64,000 bases of DNA, taken from assembly GCA_030681595.1 (NCBI GenBank), contig JAUXSB010000014.1, positions 23,942 through 87,941 on the forward strand, read 5' to 3'. The stretch comes from Candidatus Omnitrophota bacterium. GTDB taxonomy: Bacteria > Omnitrophota > Gorgyraeia > Ghiorseimicrobiales > Ghiorseimicrobiaceae. Position numbers and translations under genes: made by a program. Below the pieces are notes generated by a model. The model saw nothing but the letters and a program-made list of their open reading frames with translations, had not been told where the DNA came from and made no database searches. Shown one piece after another: positions 10,752 through 19,281 of the stretch (position 1 is the first letter of the stretch; each line of letters begins with the position of its first letter).

Positions 10752-11588
10752 TTATTCCTTTCGTGATAATTCTTTCGCACGCTTAACTGCTGCCTTAACC
10801 GCATCGGTTAAAGTACCGCCTTTATGCAATGCTTCTAAGCCTGCTTCGGTTGTGCCGCCCTTAGAAACAATGCTCCATTTAAATTTCGAAGGCTCTTCAC
10901 CCAAAAATTGCACCGTAACCAAAGTACCAATAGCTGTTGAACGAGCTAATAGCTTAGCATCTTTCCTGTTAAAACCTATTCCTTCGGCTGCAACAGTAAA
11001 CTCTGGAATAAATACTTCTTGGCTATATTTTTCCCACTGATCTTTAGGCTTATCCTCTAGACGTTCGCACCAAAATCCCGGCCCGCTTCCGGATACCGCG
11101 GTCGCCGCATCCATCATGTCCTCGTTTAAAATTAATGTCTTTCCTAAATTATCAAATAATTTTTTAGCAAATATAACGTCTCCTTTGCTTGCGAATTTCC
11201 CCTTGCACAGACAACTCATGCCTCTACCAATTCTTGCCGGCATATTCGGCATCACCCTCACCACCCGCACGTTACCCAACTGCTTCTCAATATAATTTGT
11301 AGTTATGCCGGCGGCGATAGAAACAAATAATTTGTTTTTCCAACAATCTTTGACCTCGCCTAAAACAAAGTCAAAATCTTGAGGTTTAACAGCCAATATA
11401 ATAACATCAGCATTTTTTGCCAATTCAGAACTATTTTCTGATAACTTTACGCCTTTAAACCTATTTACCTTCTCTTTATCCTTATCAAAAACAAAAAGAT
11501 GATACTTACGCTTAATGCGTTCTGCAATCGCCGAACCCATATTTCCGGCGCCGATTATTCCAATCTTTTTCCGAAAATTTTTAAACAT
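10752..11588 (-). CDS. proC: Pyrroline-5-carboxylate reductase
   Basis: N-terminal Rossmann motif IGIIGAGNMGSA; conserved yggS-proC linkage. Confidence 0.85.
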   Translation of the reverse strand: MFKNFRKKIGIIGAGNMGSAIAERIKRKYHLFVFDKDKEKVNRFKGVKLSENSSELAKNADVIILAVKPQDFDFVLGEVKDCWKNKLFVSIAAGITTNYIEKQLGNVRVVRVMPNMPARIGRGMSCLCKGKFASKGDVIFAKKLFDNLGKTLILNEDMMDAATAVSGSGPGFWCERLEDKPKDQWEKYSQEVFIPEFTVAAEGIGFNRKDAKLLARSTAIGTLVTVQFLGEEPSKFKWSIVSKGGTTEAGLEALHKGGTLTDAVKAAVKRAKELSRKE

Positions 11589-12343
11589 CAGCTGCCAAAT
11601 ATAGCCCTTCCGATTCTAACTATTGTAGCTCCCTCTTCTATCGCCACCTTGTAATCCTGGCTCATACCCATGGACAAAATTCCCAATTCCCAATTCCCAA
11701 TTCCCAATTTAACAACAATCTTTTCCTTGAGCTCTCGTAACATCTTAAAATATGGACGGGCTTCTTCTGGATTGTTTGATAGGGGCGCTATCGTCATCAG
11801 GCCATTTATGCGGATATTTTTAAACTCGGATGCCTTTTTTATAACCTCAATCGTTTCATCGGGTTTTAACCCGAATTTTGTTTTTTCACCCGAGGTATTT
11901 ACTTCTATTAAAATATCCTGAATTTTATTTATTTTTTTAGCCTGCTTATTTATTTCCTCCGCCAAATGCTGGCTGTCCACCGAATGAATCAAATCAAAGA
12001 TCCGCACAGCCTCTTTTACCTTATTGGTCTGCAAATGGCCGATCATGTGCCATTTTAGAGTATTGCGTATTGCCTGCCCGAATGACCGCGCCCGACTGAA
12101 CGTCGTTCGGGCGGGAGTCAGGCGGGGGTGTTGGGTATTGAGTTGATTATACTTGATCAGCGCTTCCCGGACTTTATTTTCGCCGAGGTCAAATATTCCC
12201 GCGTTTATCGCTTCTTTAATCTGCGCTAAATTTGCTTCTTTGACTACCGCAATCAAGGTAATCTCGCCCGGGCTTCTTTTTACTTTCCGGCAAACAAACT
12301 CTATTTCCTCGCGTACGCGCAGGACATTCTCTTTTGGGACCAT
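11588..12343 (-). CDS. yggS: YggS/YlmE-family PLP homeostasis protein carrying two in-frame repeat insertions
   Basis: Conserved LSMGMS and HxIGHLQTNK motifs; extra segments NQLNTQHPRLTPARTTFSRARSFGQAIRNT and LGIGNWELGIL are encoded by repeat DNA. Confidence 0.8.
   Translation of the reverse strand: MVPKENVLRVREEIEFVCRKVKRSPGEITLIAVVKEANLAQIKEAINAGIFDLGENKVREALIKYNQLNTQHPRLTPARTTFSRARSFGQAIRNTLKWHMIGHLQTNKVKEAVRIFDLIHSVDSQHLAEEINKQAKKINKIQDILIEVNTSGEKTKFGLKPDETIEVIKKASEFKNIRINGLMTIAPLSNNPEEARPYFKMLRELKEKIVVKLGIGNWELGILSMGMSQDYKVAIEEGATIVRIGRAIFGS
11678..11710. repeat. Heptamer tandem array (AATTCCC x4 plus partial) inside yggS
   Basis: Direct reading; encodes LGIGNWELGIL immediately before the conserved SMGMS motif. 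Confidence 0.8.
12073..12128. repeat. GC-rich palindromic element (family shared with 30921..31050 and 62960..63120) inserted in frame in yggS
   Basis: cctgcccgaatgaccgcgcccgactgaacgtcgttcgggcgggagtcaggcggg with self-complementary arms; near-identical copies in two intergenic regions. Confidence 0.75.
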
Positions 12344-12566
12344 TTTTAAAAAGATTACGGCTCTAATTCCCTAACATCATAACACAATCTAAAAACTGGT
12401 CAATAGAAAAATGGCGCTTAAAATGAGGCGTGCAGGTAGTTTTTAACCTGCCCATAAGCTGGATTCAGAGGGTGTGAATTGTTTGGTTAGATATATCCGC
12501 CAAAAAGCATGGCGGCTTAATTAGCAGGCGCCCTTCGGGCTATATTTACGAAAACATTGGCTTTCG

Positions 12567-12843
12567 CAAGCTACTGAACCTTCAATAAATAATGGGTACA
12601 TTGGCTGTGATGATTTTGGAGCGAGACAAGGAGCGAGGACGCCGGCGTAGTCTATGCACTACGCCAAGGACGAGCGACGCAGCCGCAGCCCAAAAGCGGC
12701 CAGCCCCGAAGGGGAGGCTTAATCTTTGGCCTGCTGCTTCGTTGCTTCTCCTCTGCGTGCCGCATTGGGCACGCCTTCGTCGTCGCGCCTTGCATCAGGC
12801 TCAAACCTAAGCCTCCAATGTATCCATTATTTATTGAAGGCTC
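12567..12843. mobile_element. MITE-like element: about 29-36 bp terminal inverted repeats flanking a GC-rich non-coding core
   Basis: Left arm gaaccttcaataaataatgggtacattgg, right arm ccaatgtatccattatttattgaaggctc (near-perfect reverse complement); core is much more GC-rich than flanks. Confidence 0.5.
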
Positions 12844-12855
12844 AGTAACTACTCA

Positions 12856-14136
12856 TTAAAAATATTCGCTGTAAATATCTTTTACCCTGCCGGTTACATA
12901 AGTCAGGATATTCTTATCTGGAGATTGAAATATGGCAAGCTTTTTCTCTTTTCTCGCGTTAAAACCGTAAATAACAAGGCCTATGACTGTGCTATAAATT
13001 ACCGAGCGGTTAGAAAAAGAAAAAAGGTCCTTGCCGTAGCCAGGCTGGCTTCTTTCTGATGGAATTTTGGCCTTGGGTATCCCCAATTTAACAGGCACCC
13101 CTAAAATTGACTCTGTCAATTCAAGGAGGCCTTCCATAAGGCTCGTTCCTCCGCTCATAATAACCGGATAATCTATGCCTTTTAGGCATGGCACTACGTC
13201 AATTTTCTCTTTAAGACGGACGAGTAGCTGAGTAACCTCCGGCTCGATAATACCGGAGATCGAACGGCGTTTTATTGGTTGGTATAAATCATCTTTCCTA
13301 ACCATCACCTCTTCATTCTCTCCGATGTCTTTAGAAGTGGCCGCGCCATGGGCATCTTTAATTTCTTCGGCTAATGTAAAAGGAAGCCTCAACACTTCAG
13401 ATATGGCACTGGCGATATTATTCCCCCCATAATTAATTATTTCTGAAAAACGCAAGATATTATCTTTAAAAACCAGCACTTGTGTCAAATCCGCGCCTAT
13501 ATCAATTAAAACACACCCGCTATTTTTTAAATTCTTGTCCAAAACCGCCAGGCTCGCCGCGACCCCAGAAAATACTATGTCCTCCACTTCAAACCCGGCC
13601 TGATTTATTAACCTGACAATATTCTCGATGTGGCTGAGTTTTCCGGCTATCAAATATAAATCAACGGCCAGTTTATGGCCATACAAACCTTTGGGGTTCT
13701 CCATGTAATTATGTTCATCTAAGATATAACGATGGGAGAATTTGTGGATTATTTCCTCATCCAGCTTTAGGTTTAGAGAACAGGCTTGGGAATTAATCAA
13801 ATTTATATCGGCGTTGGTTACAATTTTATTCCCTCTGTCACAAAGCGGCATAACTGCGCCGGCACACCTCAAGATTAAATCTTTCGCATTTATGTTTACA
13901 TAGACGCGCTTTATTTTATGTTTTATCTTATCTTCAAGCGAGCCTACCGTTTGTTTTAAGGTACGGCTCGTTGATGATATGTCCGTAACTAACCCCGCGC
14001 TCATGCCGGAACTTTTTGCTCCGGCATAATCCAACAAGGAAAAATCGCCTCTTTTATCCAATACGCCTGCCGCGATTTTAATCCTGTGCGAACCTAAATC
14101 TACACCGCAAATTATATTACTGCTGTAAGAAAACAT
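12856..14136 (-). CDS. ftsA: Cell division protein FtsA (actin-like ATPase)
   Basis: 426 aa, GVDLGS N-terminal phosphate loop, MSGGTS motif; follows ftsQ. Confidence 0.85.
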   Translation of the reverse strand: MFSYSSNIICGVDLGSHRIKIAAGVLDKRGDFSLLDYAGAKSSGMSAGLVTDISSTSRTLKQTVGSLEDKIKHKIKRVYVNINAKDLILRCAGAVMPLCDRGNKIVTNADINLINSQACSLNLKLDEEIIHKFSHRYILDEHNYMENPKGLYGHKLAVDLYLIAGKLSHIENIVRLINQAGFEVEDIVFSGVAASLAVLDKNLKNSGCVLIDIGADLTQVLVFKDNILRFSEIINYGGNNIASAISEVLRLPFTLAEEIKDAHGAATSKDIGENEEVMVRKDDLYQPIKRRSISGIIEPEVTQLLVRLKEKIDVVPCLKGIDYPVIMSGGTSLMEGLLELTESILGVPVKLGIPKAKIPSERSQPGYGKDLFSFSNRSVIYSTVIGLVIYGFNARKEKKLAIFQSPDKNILTYVTGRVKDIYSEYF

Positions 14137-14140
14137 CTTA

Positions 14141-14899
14141 TTATATTCCCGTTACCGGATCTTTAAACCTTAAATCTATATACTTTACACTACCTAGATT
14201 AGATTTTATCTTAGACAGAAGTACTGCGAGAGTCTTTATTTTTTTTACAATATCATCTTTACCTATAATCACCTTGATAATGCCCGTATCCTTATCCGTG
14301 CTGGCTACTTTATGGGAATTCAACCCGATGGTAAAAAAAACCTGCGAAAGGTCAGAAAGATTGATATCCTTTATCGGGTAATCTTTAGAAAAATCTATTT
14401 TACTGTATTCGGTTATCAACGTCAAAGCAATATTTAGATATTCTTTTTTAATACCTTGGGGATTTAAAAATTTATGTTCAAGCCCGACAATCTCCGGAAA
14501 GCCTGCTCCTGTTTCCTCAAAAGGCAAGTCCAATACTGCGCCGCCTAAATCAATAAAATACGGCTTTCTAAGCCGCAATTTGGCAACAGGTATCCTTGCT
14601 TTTATGCCGATTATCAAAGTATCCGGAAGGACCCGGGAAATTTCCACCCTTTCTAACGCCGGATAGTCAAAAAACACTTTTTTTTCAACGCTTTTTAAAT
14701 CGATGCTAAGTAAATTTTCCCCCAATAAATAACGTAGCGGGTCTATTTTAATACCCCCCTTAATCATTATTTTCTTGATATCAAAATAACTTGAAGCGGT
14801 TAAGAATCTTGTAAGCAGGAAAAATAATAATATACATAGAGCTACTGCCGACAAAAACAAAACTAAGGACCTAAGAAAATGAAATCTATTTTTTGCCAT
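14141..14899 (-). CDS. ftsQ: Cell division protein FtsQ/DivIB (single TM plus POTRA-like domain)
   Basis: N-terminal TM helix, about 250 aa, position between ddl and ftsA. Confidence 0.6.
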   Translation of the reverse strand: MAKNRFHFLRSLVLFLSAVALCILLFFLLTRFLTASSYFDIKKIMIKGGIKIDPLRYLLGENLLSIDLKSVEKKVFFDYPALERVEISRVLPDTLIIGIKARIPVAKLRLRKPYFIDLGGAVLDLPFEETGAGFPEIVGLEHKFLNPQGIKKEYLNIALTLITEYSKIDFSKDYPIKDINLSDLSQVFFTIGLNSHKVASTDKDTGIIKVIIGKDDIVKKIKTLAVLLSKIKSNLGSVKYIDLRFKDPVTGI

Positions 14900-15882
14900 C
14901 AGCGCATTTTTCTATCCTGCTTGCGCGGCGTCAACGCTAAAGACAATAACTTCATGCAAAGCTGGATAAAATTTACCCCTACAGCCTGTGCTGCCTTAGG
15001 AAGAAGGCTGGTTTGCGTCATGCCGGGAATAGTATTAAGTTCTAACACAAAAAGACGGTTGGTATTATCTATTATCATATCTACGCGCGAAAATCCGTAA
15101 CAGCCCAACGCCTTATGCGCAGCCAAAGCTGTTTCTTGTACCTTGCTATAAATATCCTGCGTAAACGCTGCCGGTACTATATATTCGGTTAACCCTTTGG
15201 TGTATTTTGCCTGATAATCAAAGAATTTCCTCTTAGGGATTACCTCTACCACAGCTAGCGGTTTATCTTCCAAAATACCAACGGTGCATTCACGCCCCTG
15301 TATATATTCTTCTATTAAAACGTTCTCATCATGGACAAACGCTTCCCTCAAGGCCGGCCATAGATCCTTCTCCTCTTCGACAATACTTAAACCTATACTT
15401 GAACCGGAAGTTGCCGGCTTGACTACTACGGGGAATTTTCCAAGTTTTTTCTTAAAAGGAATATTTTTGTTTACTATTTCTGCCTCCGGTACAGAAAGCC
15501 CGGCCTCCTTAAACCTTTTCCGCGCAGCTATCTTGTCTAAGGCTAACCTGCTGGCTTCTATTCCGGATCCGGTATACGGAACCCGCATTTCCTGGAGTAG
15601 TTTTTGTACTGTCCCGTCTTCGCCGAACTTTCCATGCAAAGCGATAAAAGCTATTTTAATCCGCGCTTTTTCGATCTGCGTACGCGCCTTTCCTGAATCG
15701 CTTTCGGTGATATCTAAAACTACCACGTCTAAATTTGAAGACTTAAACGCTTCAAATACAGCCGAGCCTGATTTCAGGGAAATCTCCCTCTCCGAGGAAG
15801 GCCCGCCCATTAATACGCCAATCCTTCCAAACTGATTCTTAGTTCTTGGTTCTTGTTTCTTAATCCTGCCTGCTACGGCCAT
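14899..15882 (-). CDS. ddl: D-alanine--D-alanine ligase
   Basis: ATP-grasp motifs; GVLMGGPSSEREISLKSG N-terminus typical of Ddl. Confidence 0.9.
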   Translation of the reverse strand: MAVAGRIKKQEPRTKNQFGRIGVLMGGPSSEREISLKSGSAVFEAFKSSNLDVVVLDITESDSGKARTQIEKARIKIAFIALHGKFGEDGTVQKLLQEMRVPYTGSGIEASRLALDKIAARKRFKEAGLSVPEAEIVNKNIPFKKKLGKFPVVVKPATSGSSIGLSIVEEEKDLWPALREAFVHDENVLIEEYIQGRECTVGILEDKPLAVVEVIPKRKFFDYQAKYTKGLTEYIVPAAFTQDIYSKVQETALAAHKALGCYGFSRVDMIIDNTNRLFVLELNTIPGMTQTSLLPKAAQAVGVNFIQLCMKLLSLALTPRKQDRKMR

Positions 15883-16832
15883 ATCTTTATCTCCGGCTCA
15901 AGCTCGACATTAAACTTATTCTTAACTTTTCTTCTTATTAAAGACATAAGGCGCAGTACGTCGCCTGCCTTGGCGTTACCGTTATTAAAAATAAAATTAG
16001 CATGTTTTAACGAAACAAACGCCCCACCGATAGACTTACCTTTTAGCCCGCATAAATCAATCAGGCGGCCTGCGCTTTCGTTTAAAGAAGGATTCTTAAA
16101 AATACACCCTGCTGAAGAGCATGATAGATCTTGCGTCATCCTGCGCCTGCTTAAATATTTATCAATATCCTCTTTTATCTTTTCCCTGTTTCTTTTCTTC
16201 AGCTTTAACGTCGCGTTTAAAATTACATACCCGGAAAGATTCGATGTGCGATAGCCGAAATCTAAATTTTTTTTATTTATCAGTTTAATATTGCCGTTGT
16301 AATCCATAACTGTTATATCCTCAACCAAATCTCCGATGCTCTTAGTCTTTGTCTTACCGTTTTTAATTTTTAATTTTTCATTTTTAATTACGGTTGCTAT
16401 GCCCGCATTCATCGCTAACGCGCCGCCGAATGTCCCCGGGATACCGCTTAGGAATTCTAAGCCGCCCAAATTGAAACTACGCGCTCTCCCCAATAAAAAA
16501 GTAAGCCTGGCGCCGGCACCGCATAAAATTTTGTTTTTCTTTGCTTCTATCTTTTTAAAATATCCCCTGTTCAAACTTATTACTATGCCCTTTATGCCCG
16601 CATCTAAGCCAAGAATATTACTCCCTGCGCCTATGATAAATAGCGGGATATTTTTTTTCTTGGCAACTCTTATTACAGAGGCCAGCTCCTTAAGGTTCCC
16701 CGGCTCAACCCAGAACTCTGCCGGCCCGCCGATTCTAAAAGTGGTATGCTCAGCAAGCGGTTCATTAAATTTTACCCCGTTAGGGATAAATTCCCCAATA
16801 CTATAAATTAAATCCTTGCGTTTTTCATTCAT
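15873..16832 (-). CDS. murB: UDP-N-acetylenolpyruvoylglucosamine reductase
   Basis: FAD-binding N-terminus (TTFRIGGPAEFW), C-terminal GGAFVS...HANFIFN region. Confidence 0.9.
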   Translation of the reverse strand: MNEKRKDLIYSIGEFIPNGVKFNEPLAEHTTFRIGGPAEFWVEPGNLKELASVIRVAKKKNIPLFIIGAGSNILGLDAGIKGIVISLNRGYFKKIEAKKNKILCGAGARLTFLLGRARSFNLGGLEFLSGIPGTFGGALAMNAGIATVIKNEKLKIKNGKTKTKSIGDLVEDITVMDYNGNIKLINKKNLDFGYRTSNLSGYVILNATLKLKKRNREKIKEDIDKYLSRRRMTQDLSCSSAGCIFKNPSLNESAGRLIDLCGLKGKSIGGAFVSLKHANFIFNNGNAKAGDVLRLMSLIRRKVKNKFNVELEPEIKIWP

Positions 16833-16849
16833 AAATCACTATTTTCCTA

Positions 16850-16979
16850 CGCCGCAAAAGTCTTTGCGGCATCAAACAAAATTCTTCCCGCAACAGCGGG
16901 ATCCCGTTAGCGGGAAAACGCCAGCCACCGCCTAATGGCGGGGTGCCGCCAACGGCGGCATCGGCAGATTTTGTTTGAT
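16850..16979. repeat. Palindromic GC-rich element flanked by 12-bp inverted repeat atcaaacaaaat / attttgtttgat; overlaps murC 3' end
   Basis: Several internal hairpins (gccgcaaa..tttgcggc, cccgcaacagcggg, gccgccaacggcggc); perfect 12-bp terminal inverted repeat at 16871..16882 and 16968..16979. Confidence 0.6.
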
Positions 16980-18344
16980 AAGCTTAAAAGATAACTCATC
17001 AGCCAGCTTTCCTACATCCCCTGCGCCCAGGGTAATAATTAAATCGCCGGAATTAACGATAACCAAAATCCTGTTTACAATTTTTTCTTTTTGAATAAAC
17101 TCTACGTTTTTCCTTCCCTTTTTTCTTATTTTCTCGCAAATAGTTTCTGCGTTTATCCCGGCTATAGGCAACTCGCTGGCGGCATAAATATCCGTTATGA
17201 TTAAGTAATCCGCCTGATCAAAACTATCTGAAAATTCATCCATAAGAAACTTGGTGCGGCTGAAACGGTGCGGCTGAAACACGACGATAAGCCTCTTGTA
17301 GCATTTATGTTCTGCGATGCTGCGCGCCGCGGATAACGTTGCCTTTATCTCGGTAGGATGATGCGCGTAATCGTCTATAATCAGATACTCGGGCGACTCT
17401 CCTTTTATTTCCAGCCTTCTTTCTGCGCCTTTGTAGGTTGAAAGGCTCTCACGGATAACATCCTTGGCTACGCCTAATTCCTGCCCCAGGGCAATTACTG
17501 CCAACGAATTTGAAACATTATGCAAGCCTGGAATAGATAACTTAAACCTCCCTAGCGGCTCATTGTGCCAAAAACAATCAAATCCGCAAGTAAAGCCTTC
17601 TTGGCTGACGCTGTCCGCCCGCACATCGCATCCCTGGCTTAACCCGAACGTAATGAAGCGTTTTTTAATACCGGATAATATTTTTCTGATATTTAAATCA
17701 TCGTAACAGGCAATAAGACAGCCTTCATCTTTAGTTTTTTCCATAAACTCAGCGAATGCCTTAACGATACTGGCATAATCTTTATAATAGTCCAGATGCT
17801 CATAATCAATATTGGTAACGATAGAATAGACGGGTTCGTATTTTAAAAATGTTCCGTCGCTTTCATCTGCCTCGGCGACAAAGTACCTGCTTTCGCCTAT
17901 AAAGATGTTATCATCCCAATTTCTCACTATGCCGCCGATTACGGCTGTGGGATTAAAACCTGCCTGAATCAGCATATGCGCAACCAGAGAAGTAGTGGTG
18001 GTTTTCCCGTGCGCGCCGCTTATCGTAATCGCTACTTTATCTTTCATGAGCGCTGCTAAACATTCCGCCCTGCGCATAAGCGGAATATTATGTTTTTCTG
18101 CCGCAATAAATTCTACATTATCCGGCTTAATCGCGGAAGAATAAACCGCTAAATCCGCGCCAGAAATATTTTCCGCCTGGTGCCCTAAATATACTTTAAT
18201 ACCCTCCCGTCTCAGCGATTCCAAAAGGCGGGAATCTTTAACATCCGAGCCGGAAACAAATACCCCCTTAGTGCGCAGTATAGAAGCAATCCCGCTCATT
18301 CCTATTCCACCGATACCGATAAAATGTACGTGTTTATAACGCAT
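16932..18344 (-). CDS. murC: UDP-N-acetylmuramate--L-alanine ligase
   Basis: GIGGIGMSG N-terminal motif, QPHRFSRT motif; C-terminal tail of the ORF is encoded by the palindromic element. Confidence 0.9.
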   Translation of the reverse strand: MRYKHVHFIGIGGIGMSGIASILRTKGVFVSGSDVKDSRLLESLRREGIKVYLGHQAENISGADLAVYSSAIKPDNVEFIAAEKHNIPLMRRAECLAALMKDKVAITISGAHGKTTTTSLVAHMLIQAGFNPTAVIGGIVRNWDDNIFIGESRYFVAEADESDGTFLKYEPVYSIVTNIDYEHLDYYKDYASIVKAFAEFMEKTKDEGCLIACYDDLNIRKILSGIKKRFITFGLSQGCDVRADSVSQEGFTCGFDCFWHNEPLGRFKLSIPGLHNVSNSLAVIALGQELGVAKDVIRESLSTYKGAERRLEIKGESPEYLIIDDYAHHPTEIKATLSAARSIAEHKCYKRLIVVFQPHRFSRTKFLMDEFSDSFDQADYLIITDIYAASELPIAGINAETICEKIRKKGRKNVEFIQKEKIVNRILVIVNSGDLIITLGAGDVGKLADELSFKLIKQNLPMPPLAAPRH

Positions 18345-18353
18345 AATTATTTA

Positions 18354-18475
18354 CCCCGCTAGAGATAGCCCCGAAGCTTCGGGGCGTCTATCGCGCATAA
18401 TTTTATTGATTAACCCATTGCTTCCGCATAAAACAATTACCTCATAAAATGTGTCTGCCGTTATCTCTAACGGGG
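18354..18475. repeat. Large imperfect stem-loop (ccccgctagagata ... tatctctaacgggg) with inner hairpin agccccgaagcttcggggcg
   Basis: Direct reading; related atctctaacggg motif recurs at about 25645 and 50665. Confidence 0.5.
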
Positions 18476-19264
18476 TTTATTCTTAAGATACTCCGTCCAC
18501 CTTTTATTCAGGGCAGCTAAATCACGACAGTTAAAACGCCACAACGCGTCCTCAAATGCTTTGCCGTCTCTTATATCGCGGCAAAACCAGCCGAAATGTT
18601 CTTTACCGAATTCAGAAATTATAAAACTCACCACGCTTATTGCTTCGGCATAAAAAAGTTCAACTGCCGCCTTATTAAAACTATTGCGGATATCCATTTT
18701 AGATAAGTCTTCCAAAGGGATAAAATTTTTGTCATTTATCGCTTGAATAACAATTTTGTCTGCGCCCAAGCGTTTTGACCTCTCCTGATAAGAAGCTACC
18801 CCTTCCTCAAACCAAAGAGGGATTTTTGATCCCCCTCCGATAAATTCCCTGAAAATAATATGGCCTAACTCATGCGGCATAACCGAATCAAAAAAACCTG
18901 CCATCTGCGGGTAAGTCATGATTATTTTTTCCTGATAATGTACAGCGCCCGCACTCCAGGCAGGCTGGTTTGTTTGACGGATATAATCTCCGCTGTCATT
19001 ATAAATATAAAACTTAGCCCGCTTATCCCAAAGCCAAAAATTATATCTGGCAAACCCGAGGTTTTCAGTTATTGATTTATAATACTCTTCAGCGTCATTT
19101 TTTACCTCGTCAATAAAATCCTCCGGGATAGCCCTAAAATAAACAATAAAATGTTCACTGCGGCTTTCATTCCATTTTTCTTCTGCAAAACTGACGCAAA
19201 GAGAAGAAAATAAAAGAACGATAGCGAAAACAAATCCTACCGGATGAAAATGCTTTATCCTCAA
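18467..19264 (-). CDS. Secreted HExxH zinc-metallopeptidase-like protein
   Basis: N-terminal signal peptide (VGFVFAIVLLFSSLCVSFA), HELGH motif followed by a downstream Glu (FEEG). Confidence 0.5.
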   Translation of the reverse strand: MRIKHFHPVGFVFAIVLLFSSLCVSFAEEKWNESRSEHFIVYFRAIPEDFIDEVKNDAEEYYKSITENLGFARYNFWLWDKRAKFYIYNDSGDYIRQTNQPAWSAGAVHYQEKIIMTYPQMAGFFDSVMPHELGHIIFREFIGGGSKIPLWFEEGVASYQERSKRLGADKIVIQAINDKNFIPLEDLSKMDIRNSFNKAAVELFYAEAISVVSFIISEFGKEHFGWFCRDIRDGKAFEDALWRFNCRDLAALNKRWTEYLKNKPR

Positions 19265-19281
19265 ATAAAAATTTCTTAATT

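Noticed and set aside
12592-12810. 72-aa Arg-rich ORF on the plus strand
   Set aside because: Sits inside the GC-rich core of the inverted-repeat-flanked element with no ribosome-binding site; composition-driven open frame.
12567-12843. tmRNA, RNase P RNA or SRP RNA in the GC-rich element replacing ftsZ
   Set aside because: None of the conserved motifs of these RNAs is visible (no tRNA-like 3' end with GGTTCGANTCC, no RNase P boxes); an unknown structured RNA is not excluded.
17250-17290. Apparent tandem repeat (ggtgcggctgaaac x2) in murC
   Set aside because: Arises from codons of the conserved QPHRFSRT motif; the protein has no extra residues relative to the usual MurC motif.
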